This document shows, piece by piece, positions 12,156 through 22,348 of a stretch of 51,179 nucleotides of DNA. Position numbers and translations under genes: made by a program. Below the pieces are notes generated by a model. It did no database searches, was not told where the DNA came from, and worked only from the letters and a program-made list of their open reading frames with translations. Source of the DNA: Candidatus Altimarinota bacterium (GTDB lineage: Bacteria > Patescibacteriota > Gracilibacteria > BD1-5 > UBA6164); NCBI GenBank assembly GCA_020631575.1, contig JAHDGX010000002.1, positions 1 to 51,179 on the forward strand, given 5' to 3'. Numbering within the stretch: position 1 is the stretch's first letter; every line of letters begins with the position of its first letter.

Positions 12156-12518
12156 TTATTTAAGACTGATTGATACAAGTTTTGCATTATCACCATCTCT
12201 ATACTTGATTGGTACAATCTTTGTAAAACCAGAAGTTTTTACTCCTTTATATTTTGGTGCAACATTTTTAAAAAGTTCTTTAGAAGACTCTTCTGTGAAA
12301 AGATATTGCATTACATATCTGATAGCGTTCATCTCATCTTTCGTATTCGCTACATTAATAAGTTTATCAATCATAGGAACAATAGATTTAGCTTTCTTCT
12401 CAGTTGTTTGCATGCTTTTATGCATAAAGAATGATGTAAGAAGATTTCTTTGCATCGCTTTTCTATGTTGAAAGCTTTTTTTGTTAAATTTGAGATGTTT
12501 TCTGACTTTATGTCTCAT
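12156..12518 (-). CDS. rplQ: 50S ribosomal protein L17, 120 aa
   Basis: Intact ORF. MRHKVRKHLKFNKKSFQHRKAMQRNL is the L17 N-terminal signature. Confidence 0.9.
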   Translation of the reverse strand: MRHKVRKHLKFNKKSFQHRKAMQRNLLTSFFMHKSMQTTEKKAKSIVPMIDKLINVANTKDEMNAIRYVMQYLFTEESSKELFKNVAPKYKGVKTSGFTKIVPIKYRDGDNAKLVSISLK

Positions 12519-12555
12519 AACTCTATATTAATTAGTAATAGTTTTTTAAATATTT

Positions 12556-13536
12556 TTAGTCGTCTCCAAGAAGTTTTAATCCTCTTTCATTGAGAGATGC
12601 TCTAATTTCTGTCATTGCTTTCTTACCGAAACCTTTGATAGAAGATAGTTTTGTTTCTGTACACTTTGTAAGTTGTTCTATAGAAAGGATATTTCCATTT
12701 ATAAGAGCGTTGAGAGTTCTTGGCGAGAGTCCCATAATCTCTATTGGAGTATAACTTTCTTTTTCTAGTTCTTCTTTTACTTCTTCTTTTTCTCTATCGA
12801 GAAGATCTTTAATATCTCCTATAAATTCTCCTTCTACTTGTAGCGCTTCTTCATTTATAAGACTAAAGTAAGAAGTAAGCATATCACCAGAAAATTTAAA
12901 CACCTCTGTTGGAGTGAGTACTCCATTTGTTGTGATTTGCATTTCTACTTCGTCTAAGTTTGTAATATCTCAAACTCTTGAAGAATGGATGTCATATTTC
13001 ACTGAAACTACTGGAGAGAAGTTTGCATCTATAAGAAGTACATTTACATCTTCTTCTCTTTCTTTGAGATCCTCACTACTCATGTACCCAACTCCTTTTT
13101 CTACTCTAATTTCGATTTCTAGTTCGAGTTTATCTTGATCAATTTCTGTAATATACATGTCAGGATTCATGATTTTGATATCTGAAGGAACTGTGATATC
13201 AGCTGCTGTAACCTTTCCTGCTTTTTTCTTAGAAAGACTCACCCATTGGATTCATACGTCTTTCTTATCAATAACAAGACCTTTGAGGTTTAACATTATG
13301 TCTACAATTGAATCTTTTACTCATGGAAGTGTAGAGTACTCGTGAGAAACTCCTTTTACTTTAATACCTGTAACTTTTGTTCCTGGTATAGATGAGAGAG
13401 CTACTCTTCTCATAGAATTAGCAAGAGTAATACCGTATCCTCTTGGAAGAGGGGACATAGTAAATACAGCTGAATTATCTCCTGTAGGATTTTGAGTTAT
13501 TTTTGGAACACCAATTGTGTTGTGAAGGATGTGCAT
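12556..13536 (-). CDS. rpoA: DNA-directed RNA polymerase subunit alpha, 326 aa
   Basis: Three same-phase fragments are joined by TGA. N-terminal domain shows [21 protein letters not shown]-terminal domain shows [20 protein letters not shown]. Confidence 0.95.
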
Positions 13537-13586
13537 ATTTTTTTATTTGAAAATGTAATATAAGAAACTGCCGGCAATTGCAATTA

Positions 13587-14210
13587 CTACTTAGAGTAGA
13601 ATTCTACGATTTTCTGAATATCGATTACTTGTTCAAAGTCTTCTTTTTCTGGAAGAGCTGTAACAGTAATTTTTAGGTTTTTTACATCAACCTCTATCCA
13701 TTTAGCGCTAGAGATTTTACCTTTTGATTCTTTAGCAAATTCTTCAAGTTCTTCGAGAAGAGATTTATAAAGTGGAGACTCTTTAAGTTTTGGTCTGAGT
13801 TCAATAACATCTCCAACTTTAAGAGAAATAGAAGGTATAGAAACCTTTACTCCATTTAGATTAAAGTGAGCATGACCAACAAATTGTCTTGATTGCATTC
13901 TTGTTCTTGCAAATCCTGATCTGTATACAACATTATCAAGTCTGAGTTCAAGAAGTTTTAACATTTTTTCTCATGTAGTACCTGCAGCTCCAGATTTTTG
14001 AGCTTTTGTAAAGTATGAGAAAAATTGTTTTTCACTGAGTCCAAACATTCTTTTCGCAAGTTGTTTTTTTCTGAGCTGTGTTCCAAACTCTGAAGTTTTT
14101 CTACTTCGTAGAACACTTCTTTTTCCTTTTTCTAGATCATACTTTTCTGTTCCGAAAAGGTTGATTCCTTCTCTTCTACAGAGTTTTTTCTTAGGTCCAG
14201 TATAACGCAT
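13587..14210 (-). CDS. rpsD: 30S ribosomal protein S4, 207 aa
   Basis: Two same-phase fragments are joined by TGA. Motifs: MRYTGPKKKLCRREG and LELRLDNVVYRSGFARTRMQSRQFVGHAHF. Confidence 0.95.
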
Positions 14211-14267
14211 TTTTTCTTAATTTTAAGATACAAAAATAGAATTTTTTAGCTAATTCACAGAGAGAAA

Positions 14268-14645
14268 TTACATTCTTCTCACTTTTTTCTTTCTACAACC
14301 ATTGTGTGGAACAGGAGTTACATCAAAGATTGATCTGAGTTCAATTCCTCCTGAGAGAAGACCTCTGATTGCTTGTTCTCTTCCAACACCAATACCTTTT
14401 ATGTACACATCAACTGTTTCTAAACCATGAAGTGTTTTTGCTTTTTCAACTGCTTGTTCTGCTGTAATTTGAGCTGCATATGGAGTAGATTCTCTTGCCC
14501 CTTTAAATCCTGCAGATCACCCACTTGCCCAAGAGAGAACATTTCCATCCTCATCAGTAATACTTACAATAGTATTGTTGAATGAAGCGAGGATGTGAGC
14601 ATGTCCAATCTGAACAACTCGCTTTGTCTTTTTGCTTTTAGCCAT
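14268..14645 (-). CDS. rpsK: 30S ribosomal protein S11, 125 aa
   Basis: Missing from the track because of an internal TGA. Translation is [42 protein letters not shown][G][15 protein letters not shown]...[17 protein letters not shown]. Confidence 0.93.
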
Positions 14646-14672
14646 AATTTCTAAATATAAATATGATATAAA

Positions 14673-15041
14673 CTATTTTTTCTTCCCAGCAATAGCAACT
14701 GATTTCCCTTTTCTTGTTCTGGCATTTGTTTTTGTATTTTGCCCACGAACTGGAAGTCTCTTTTGATGTCTTATACCTCTGTAACATCTAATTTCTTGAA
14801 GTCTTTTTATGTTTCCACTTACAAGTCTTCTTAGATCACCTTCTACAATATATCCTTTAATAACGTCACGAATAAGATCGAGTTCTGTTTCTGAAAGATC
14901 ATCAATTTTTCTTGTTCTCTCAATTTTCACTTCGTCGAGAATAAGTTGAGCTGTTGTTTTCCCAATACCATATATGTATGTGAGAGCAATTTCAGCATGT
15001 TTTCCACTTGGAAGTATTACACCAGCAATTCTAGCAGCCAT
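14673..15041 (-). CDS. rpsM: 30S ribosomal protein S13, 122 aa
   Basis: Intact ORF. Motifs: [11 protein letters not shown] and [29 protein letters not shown]. Confidence 0.95.
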   Translation of the reverse strand: MAARIAGVILPSGKHAEIALTYIYGIGKTTAQLILDEVKIERTRKIDDLSETELDLIRDVIKGYIVEGDLRRLVSGNIKRLQEIRCYRGIRHQKRLPVRGQNTKTNARTRKGKSVAIAGKKK

Positions 15042-15069
15042 AATGCAGTAAATAAATAGTTAAATAAAA

Positions 15070-15198
15070 TTATCCTTGTCTTTGTTTATGCTTTGGATCA
15101 GTTGCGCAGATTACTCTTACACATCTTTTTCCTTTAAATCTTCGTGTCACTACTTTACAGTTTTGACAGATTTTTTTTGCAGAAGTTCTTACTTTCAT
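15070..15198 (-). CDS. rpmJ: 50S ribosomal protein L36, 42 aa
   Basis: Translation [42 protein letters not shown] shows the L36 zinc-ribbon pattern and the C-terminal KHKQRQG. Confidence 0.9.
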   Translation of the reverse strand: MKVRTSAKKICQNCKVVTRRFKGKRCVRVICATDPKHKQRQG

Positions 15199-15227
15199 AG
15201 TTCTGTAATAAAAATTATATAAGTTTC

Positions 15228-15485
15228 CTAATTTTGTTGTGGATTGTTCCCTTTATCAGGCTGTAACCTGTAGGTTATTCTTCCTTTTCCTGGATCATAT
15301 GGTGAAAGCTCGATAGTAACTTTATCTCACTCAATGAGCTTAATATAGTTTTTTCTCATATTCCCGCTCAAGTGACCTCGAACGATCCCTCATCATAAAT
15401 CCTCTGGTAATTGAACTTCAAAAACCAGACCGGGTAGAGATTGTATTATTGTACCTTCTACCTCTATTTTATCTTCTTTTGACAT
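15228..15485 (-). CDS. infA: translation initiation factor IF-1, 85 aa
   Basis: Translation [30 protein letters not shown][GG][20 protein letters not shown][G][20 protein letters not shown] is an S1-like IF-1 fold with three TGA-encoded Gly. Confidence 0.9.
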
Positions 15486-15531
15486 GTAGTTTTAGCGTCT
15501 AAAGAGTTAAAAGCTCGCGAATCATATAGAT

Positions 15532-15557
15532 AAAAAAGACTTTTGCAAGTCTTTTTT
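15532..15557. terminator. intrinsic terminator separating the infB unit from the infA-r-protein unit
   Basis: Stem aagactt, loop ttgc, stem aagtctt, flanked by A and T runs. Confidence 0.55.
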
Positions 15558-15574
15558 ATATGTTTTTTATTAAA

Positions 15575-15970
15575 CTATGTTCTTTCCTCTATCAAAGCTT
15601 TTACACTTTCATATAATTCTGGATATTTTCCCATCATCTGCTGTATACCAAACTTTATTATCACAATTACTACAGATTGCTCATGAGCGATAATAGTTGC
15701 ATTTCTTGTTGGAGGATCTCAAAAGAATGCAATTTCTCATACAAGATCTCATTCTCATAAGACTGCTACATCTTTTGTACCTCCTCCTTGAAGCTCTTTT
15801 TGCACAAGAAGTTTTCATGAGTGCACCACGTACATAGCTTGCGGCTCATCTCATTGTTTAAATAACACATCTCCCTCAAATAAGTTTTGCGTCTGACAAA
15901 ATGCAGAAAGATTTATTTGATCTTCTTTTGATAAATCTGAAAACAGTTCTACATCTTCAAAATAATTCAT
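15575..15970 (-). CDS. cyclic-nucleotide-binding domain protein (about 131 aa); 5' end disrupted or unresolved
   Basis: The open frame reads YELFEDVELFSDLSKEDQINLSAFCQTQNLFEGDVLFKQGDEPQAMYVVHSGKLLV...LGEGDLVGEIAFFGDPPTRNATIIA, the cNMP-binding beta-barrel pattern. It has no in-frame start codon. The obvious ATG (15967-15969) is one base out of phase. Confidence 0.6.
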
Positions 15971-15989
15971 ATTACTTTTCAATTACTAC

Positions 15990-18344
15990 TTTATACACTT
16001 CCAGAGTATCTTTCATTTCAATATCTGTTACTCAAACAAGTTTGATACCACACTCTTTTACCTCTTCGATCTTATTCACTTCTTCAACTCACTGTTTGAG
16101 GGACTCTATTTTTCACTTTCCAATGACCTTATCTCATCTGATAACTCTTACAAGAGCGTTGTTTTCAATAGTCTGATCTTCTGCTGCAACCTGCAGTCCT
16201 ACAATCATGAACTTTTTAGAAGTAAAGAAGATTCCTCCTACTCTTGCTTCACATAGTGGTACTTCTACCTCTTTCGGGTCAAGCATCCCTGTCACTATTT
16301 TTTCTATCTTTTCTGTAATATGATAGATGATCTTGCTTTCTATATATTCTACTCCTGAATCTTCTAGAGCCGATTTTGCGTTTGGCCCAACTGAAACACC
16401 AAATCATACAAGAACTGCTGAGCTTCCTCCACACATAAGTACATCACCTTCTGTAACATTTCCGACCCCAGAGTGAATAATCGTTACAGAAGTTTCATCT
16501 GTTGAGAGTTTCAAGAGAGCATTCTTTATTGCTTCAAGACTCCCGTTTGTATCAGCCTTGAGAACAACTTTAAGATGTTTCAAATTTCCTGATTTAATCT
16601 TAGACATGAGAATATCCAACTGTGATGATTTGAGTTGTTTCTGGTTTGAGAGGTACTCAGCATATTCTGCAGCTTTTACCCTTGCAGCATCGACACTATT
16701 CATAACTTGAAGTATGTCTCATCCTCATACAACTTTATCAAGCCCCACAATAAGTGCTGGCTGTCCTGGAGTTACAAATTTTACAGATTTTCCTGTATAG
16801 TCTTTGAGTACTTTGATTTTTCCATATGAATTTCCACATACTACAGAAGCACCTTTTTCTATTGTTCCTGTATTCACAAGAACTGTTGCAACAGGCCCAA
16901 GTTTTGTGTCTAAGTGTGATTCTATAATAGTAGCAACACCATTTCTATCTGGATTTGCAGTGAGAGCTTGCATTTCTGCCATGAGGAGAATAATCTCTAA
17001 TAATTCCTCTATACCAAAACCGGTGTGAGCAGAAACAGGAACCATAGGAGTCTCTCCACCCCAGTCTTCAGGAGTGAGTCCGTGTTCTGCAAGTTTTCCT
17101 TTTACATGATCTGGATTTGCTCCTTCTTTATCCATTTTATTAATAGCAACTACCACTGGAATACCTGCTTCTTTCGCGTGTGAGATTGATTCTATAGTTT
17201 GAGGTTTTACTCATTCATCAGCAGCTACTACAAGAATAGCAATATCCGTAGATTTAGCCCCTCTCGAACGCATGATGGTAAATGCCTCATGACCCGGAGT
17301 GTCGAGAAATGTAATCTTCTTTCAATTATGCTCAGCTTGATACGCACCAATACTTTGAGTTATTCCCCCAGCTTCTCCAGCAGCTACTTGTTCTTTTCTA
17401 ATATGATCAAGAAGTGAAGTCTTCCCATGATCAACATGCCCCATGATAGAAACAACAGGAGCTCTCTCCACAAGTTTTGAGCTATCATCCTCCACAAGTA
17501 AATCTTTTATATTCCCAGTAGCTATTTCGCTTGCTGCAATACCATCTGAAGTGTCTCTTTGAAGTTTCACTTCAAAAGCCTCAGCAATGAGTGAAGCAGT
17601 GTCAAAATCTATTTGTGAATTAATGGTCATCATCATACCATTTTTCATAAACTCAGCTATAAGTTTTGGAAGAGGAGTTCCTATTTTTTCAGAAAACTCT
17701 TTGAGTGACAAAAACTCTCAGACTACAACTGTTTCACCAGTCTTTGCAGTAAGGTTTTGTTCTATGTCCTCTATATTTTTTTCTTCTTTCTTCTTATGTT
17801 TTATCTTATTAGATCTCGTAAAACCATCGTCTTCATAGTTATTTTTATACTTACCTTTTTTTCCTCCTGAGAAAAACTTACCTTTTTTTCCTCCATCTCT
17901 TTCAGCGTTTGGAGTAAAACTCTTTCCTGGCTTCGGAGCATTTTTTGTAAAGCCTGGTTTGAATTTTGGTGCAGATGGAGTAGATGCCTCTGATGGCTTT
18001 GCTTCACTTGATGAACGAAAGCTAGATTCTTGATGAGCATTCTTATTCCCAAGAGAATCATCTGCTCTACGAACAACTGTAAATCATGATTTTTTCGGAA
18101 CGCTCGTATCAAGAGTATCATTGAGTGTTGTTTCTGAATTCTGAGTTTGAGACTCTATAGTCTTTTCTCCATCAGCATCTGCTTGCTCTAAAGTCTGCTC
18201 AGACTTAAGTTCTACTTTTTTTATTACTGGCTTTTTAGCCCGCACTATAATTTTTTTCTTTATTACTGGCTTTTTCTTATCAGAAGAACTACCATCACTA
18301 GAGGATGATATATTTGCGTAATAATCGTCAACGTTTGCTACCAT
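15990..18344 (-). CDS. infB: translation initiation factor IF-2, 784 aa as written; the 3' end appears frameshifted
   Basis: Fragments ending at 18344, 17711, 17156 and 16703 share one phase. G-domain: [14 protein letters not shown] walked the C-terminal domain codon by codon to ECGIKLVGVTDI. As written the frame ends [14 protein letters not shown] at 15990-15992. The conserved ending [18 protein letters not shown] (15971-15973) lies in the +1 phase. Confidence 0.9.
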
Positions 18345-18496
18345 AAATGTCTGTGATTTTTCTGAGGGAAAATAAAATGTTAATGCGAATCTTAAGCCTT
18401 TTTTACTCTATGTCAAAAAATTATAAAAACTTGTAAAAAGCAAAAATAGGATTACCCTCTAGACTATAAAATACTCCTTTAAAGTTTGAAAGAAAC

Positions 18497-18985
18497 ATGG
18501 AAGATGCAATTCAGGCACTCAGCCAAAATTTTTTTGAAAAACTCTGAGCAGATTTTTCAGACCTAAAAATCGAAAAACAAGCCGAAAATGTTTTTAAGAT
18601 ATCTCTCAAAAGTGAAGACTCACACCTTATTATTTGACCACACGGGAAAAATCTAGAAACTATTTCCCATATTCTCAAGCTTCTCATATCTAAAATCTCA
18701 GAGTGATATGTAAATATTCATGTAGAAGTAAACGATTATCTTGAGAAAAAAGATGAAAAACTTCTTGGTTTCATTGCTTCAAAGATTGAATATGTAAAAA
18801 AATCAGGAAAAGAAATAGTTCTCCCGTTTTTTACAGCTTATGAACGTAAGAAAGTTCACTCATACGTTTCAGAAAATTGAGGAAATGTATTCACGCAAAG
18901 TATGGGTGAATGAAAAGAGAGAAGAATACATCTGTGCAGAAAAGATGAAAAAATGACCATCGATATAGACGGTGACGATATATAA
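18497..18985 (+). CDS. Jag/KhpB-like KH + R3H RNA-binding protein, 162 aa
   Basis: The KH-like segment is LII[G]PHGKNLETISHILKLLI. The R3H-like segment is FTAYERKKVHSYVSEN[G]GNVFTQSMGE[G]KERRIHL. Confidence 0.75.
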
Positions 18986-19003
18986 AAATAGTTTTCAAAA
19001 GCC

Positions 19004-20164
19004 ATGAAATATAAAAATGTTATACATCTGATAGCAGGAGCTATCATATGTGGATTACTCTATAGTTTTTACACTATAAACCACCTCAATTACCTAAACC
19101 ACCGAAAAATTCAGGCTCAGATAATAAACCACCCTGAAGGCTTACCAAAAGCAGAAGTAGCGAAACTTGGGAGTTTTTGATTTACAAATATCACAGCTGA
19201 TCTTTATTGGCTCCAGACAATACAATATATTTGATGAAATGTCATAGGAGAAGAGTATAAAAAATATTTGGGAGTCATGATGAACCTGATTACAGATCTT
19301 AATCCCTACTTTGAAAGTCCATATATCATAGGACAACTCCTCCTGCCATCAACATCTTGATCAGCTGATATTATCAAAACACCCGAGGAACTTAAAAATG
19401 TAAAAGAAGGAGAAGCTCTCTGACTCAAGGGAGTATCAAAATTTTGTGATATTCAAAAAGTAGATGCAATAATAGAAGAAACTAATCTGTGAAAAGTTAT
19501 CTCAGAAGAAAAATACGCTGATCCTTGTAAAAGCTACAAGATTCCTTACTACCTGGCATACATATATTTTTTCTACCTCAAAGACTCGATACAAGCTGCC
19601 AATTATTACAAAGTAGTAAGTGCTCAGAGCGATGCTCCGCAGTGAGCAAAAGTACTTGCAGCCATCATGCAATGAAAGGGATGAGAAAGAAAGAAGTCAG
19701 TATTTATGTTTCTCTCACTGGCTGAAAATACTGGATGAAGTGGAGAGGCATGCAGTTTCATGAGTTCTAAACTTCGAGATTTATATACCCAAATAGATCA
19801 AAACGGCCTTCCTATTACATGAAAGCTTATAAGAGATATAGAACTGAGTGCAAATCAAATACTCCCAAAACTCACTCAAGAGAATGAAAGTGATATACTT
19901 GATGATACTAAATGTAGTAACTATCTAGCTAAAGCTATTAGGGAACTTAATCTTCTCTATATTGAAAATGCAGACGCATTATATGTTCAAGATAATCCAG
20001 ATAAAGTTTCAGCTCTAAATATGCAAACTCTCTTTGACGCGTGATATATAAACTTTATTCCAACAGACTATCAGCAATATGAAGATGAATGATATGGAAT
20101 CACCTATACATATGATGAAGAGCTTGGTCGCTTTGATTATTGAATGGCCAATTATGAAAATTAA
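19004..20164 (+). CDS. membrane-anchored hypothetical protein, 386 aa
   Basis: ATG 19004 to TAA 20162-20164 with many in-frame TGA. It has a single N-terminal TM segment (HLIAGAIICGLLYSFY) and no recognised motif. Confidence 0.65.
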
Positions 20165-20188
20165 AAAGAAGAGCTTATGCTCTTCTTT
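20165..20188. terminator. bidirectional intrinsic terminator between convergent genes
   Basis: Stem aaagaagagc, loop ttat, stem gctcttcttt. It lies between the stop codons at 20162-20164 and 20190-20192. Confidence 0.65.
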
Positions 20189-20189
20189 T

Positions 20190-21155
20190 TTATAATCATA
20201 CAATTTCTTTCATTTTTTTATATTTGTTACTATGAAGTTCCAAGGCTCTTTGGTTTCACCTGTTGAGCTCTGCCTCTACTAGATCATAATTCTCCATATA
20301 CATAGCATACTTATCCCTTGCAAGTTTAAAATACTCGAGCAGTATTTCTAAAAGTTTAAGCTTCGCGTGACCATATCCATATCATCCTGCCTCATATAAT
20401 TTTCGTACTTCCTGGAGAGTAGTCTCATCTGCAAAAAACTTCATGAGTGCAAATACATTACACGAATCAGGATCTTTTGGATCATCTAGCCCCTCGCTTC
20501 AAGTGACAATAGACATAATCTTCTTTTTAAGAAGTTTCTCATCATCAAAAACCCCTATGAAGTTATCATAACTTTTACTCATCTTTCTCCCATCTGTTCA
20601 TGGAATCAATTCTCACTCTTTACTAATATATGGTTCCGGGATCGTAAAAAAATCTACTGCGTATGTTTTATTGAAATTTGCTGCTATATCACGAGTAAAC
20701 TCAAGATGTTGTTTTTGATCCTTCCCAACAGGAACCAAATCTACATCATACCCAATGATATCAGCAGCCATAAGGATAGGGTAGTTAAATGTAGCCATAT
20801 TAATATCACTATTTTTATTTTGACTATCTTTAAAACTATGAGCTCTAAGCATGAGGCTATAGGGTGTCACGCTTGATAGAATCCAAGTAATATCATTGAT
20901 ATAGGTCATCTTTGACTGCTCAAATATCATAAATGGTCTATCTTCTGGCATAAGTGCAAGCAGTTCGGCTGCAAGCCTATGTTTGTTTCGCTTCATTGTC
21001 TCAGCATCATGCACTGAAGTGAGGGAGTGAAAATCTGGAAGAAATAAAAATGATTCATGTCATTTTGTTTGCTCTGTAAATGGTTTATACATTCCAAGAT
21101 AATTTCATAAATGCATCCCATTTCCAGTTGGTTTCACTCAAGTAAGTACTCTCAT
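20190..21155 (-). CDS. trpS: tryptophan--tRNA ligase, 321 aa
   Basis: The N-terminus MRVLT[G][19 protein letters not shown] carries the class I HIGH-type signature. The sequence continues through the track fragment, and KMSKS is present ([10 protein letters not shown]). Confidence 0.92.
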
Positions 21156-21271
21156 ATTGCTCTATTAATGTATTATTATTGCTAACATTATATATAAATA
21201 ATCTGCAATACAATTTACATTCTTTATATTTTTTCTATCATATTTTTATTATACTCTCTTCATCCATTCTC

Positions 21272-22306
21272 ATGAATTTTGTAAAAAATTATTTTTCAAC
21301 TCTTGCATTCCTCGCTATTTGATATGTATTTTATAGGCAAAATGAAACTTTTCTTAACTTCTCATATGGAGGAACAAGTCTAAGTTTCATAGATATTTCT
21401 GTTCAATATCATAATATCTTTTATGCTATTCTTATTGCTTATACTATCTTACTTATACCATTTTATATTATATATCCTCACAGATCAAAAGCGCGGCTTG
21501 CTATAAGATATATATGGGAAATTATAAAATGATGAGAAAATTACTGACAAAAGCACAAAACAGCTCTCCTAGCATGGATAGTGAAGTTATTTTTTGCTCC
21601 TCTTATGATAGTCTGGATCACACAACATGTTTTTAATCTTTGAAACTCGCTCTACTATAGTTATCAAGGCATTTCACTCTTTTCTACAGATTTTCTTCTC
21701 TTCTTTAATAGCTATTTTTTCACTCTTGCCTTTACTGCTATTCTCTTTTTTGATGTCTTATTGTTTACTCTCTGATATCTTTTAGAATCTCCGGCTTTTA
21801 AAAATACTATTAAATCTGTAGAGCCAACCATCTTAGGATGGTTTGTAGTACTTATATGCTATCCTCCATTTAATACACATCTTACTGAGATGATTTGATG
21901 GTATTCAACGGATTTTCCTCAGTTTATAAATCCCTATATTCATGTAAGCCTCAATATAGTAATTCTCATCCTCATGGGAATCTATGCTTGGGCATCTATC
22001 GCGCTTGGACTTAAAGCAAGTAATCTCACGAATAGATGAATCATATCAAGAGGTCCATATAAATACGTACGACATCCAGCCTACATATGTAAGAATCTTG
22101 CTTGGTTTATAGGAGCTCTTCCTCTACTATGGGTTGCTATCACAACTGACGACTTACTCTTAAGTAGTGTGCTCATAGGGACTCTGTGATGGGCTTTCGT
22201 GTACTATATGAGATCAATGACTGAAGAAGCGCATCTCTCCCTTGATCCAGAATATGTAGCTTATAAGAAACAAGTTCCTTATAAATTTATACCAAAAGTA
22301 TGGTAA
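21272..22306 (+). CDS. polytopic membrane methyltransferase, ICMT/PEMT superfamily, 344 aa
   Basis: Whole frame walked with no TAA/TAG. Multiple TM segments are present. The C-terminal motif NR[G]IISRGPYKYVRHPAYICKNLAW...EEAHL is typical of isoprenylcysteine carboxyl / phospholipid methyltransferases. Confidence 0.75.
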
Positions 22307-22310
22307 ATAA

Positions 22311-22336
22311 AAAAGAAGACTCGAGAGTCTTCTTTT
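22311..22336. terminator. bidirectional intrinsic terminator
   Basis: Stem aaaagaagact, loop cgag, stem agtcttctttt. It lies between convergent stop codons at 22304-22306 and 22349-22351. Confidence 0.65.
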
Positions 22337-22348
22337 TTATAAATATAC

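Noticed and set aside
16014-16022. Programmed +1 frameshift of the prfB type at ATT-TGA in infB
   Set aside because: UGA is a sense codon here, so it cannot act as a slow stop to drive slippage. There is no upstream SD-like stimulator, AUU to UUU re-pairing is poor, and the neighbouring gene start shows a second, opposite homopolymer indel. A sequencing or assembly error is the simpler explanation.
17801-18121. Minus-strand 106-aa ORF overlapping the infB N-terminal region in another phase
   Set aside because: The infB phase is continuous through this region under code 25 and encodes the typical Lys/Ser/Gly-rich IF-2 linker. The alternative phase is a by-product of low-complexity sequence.
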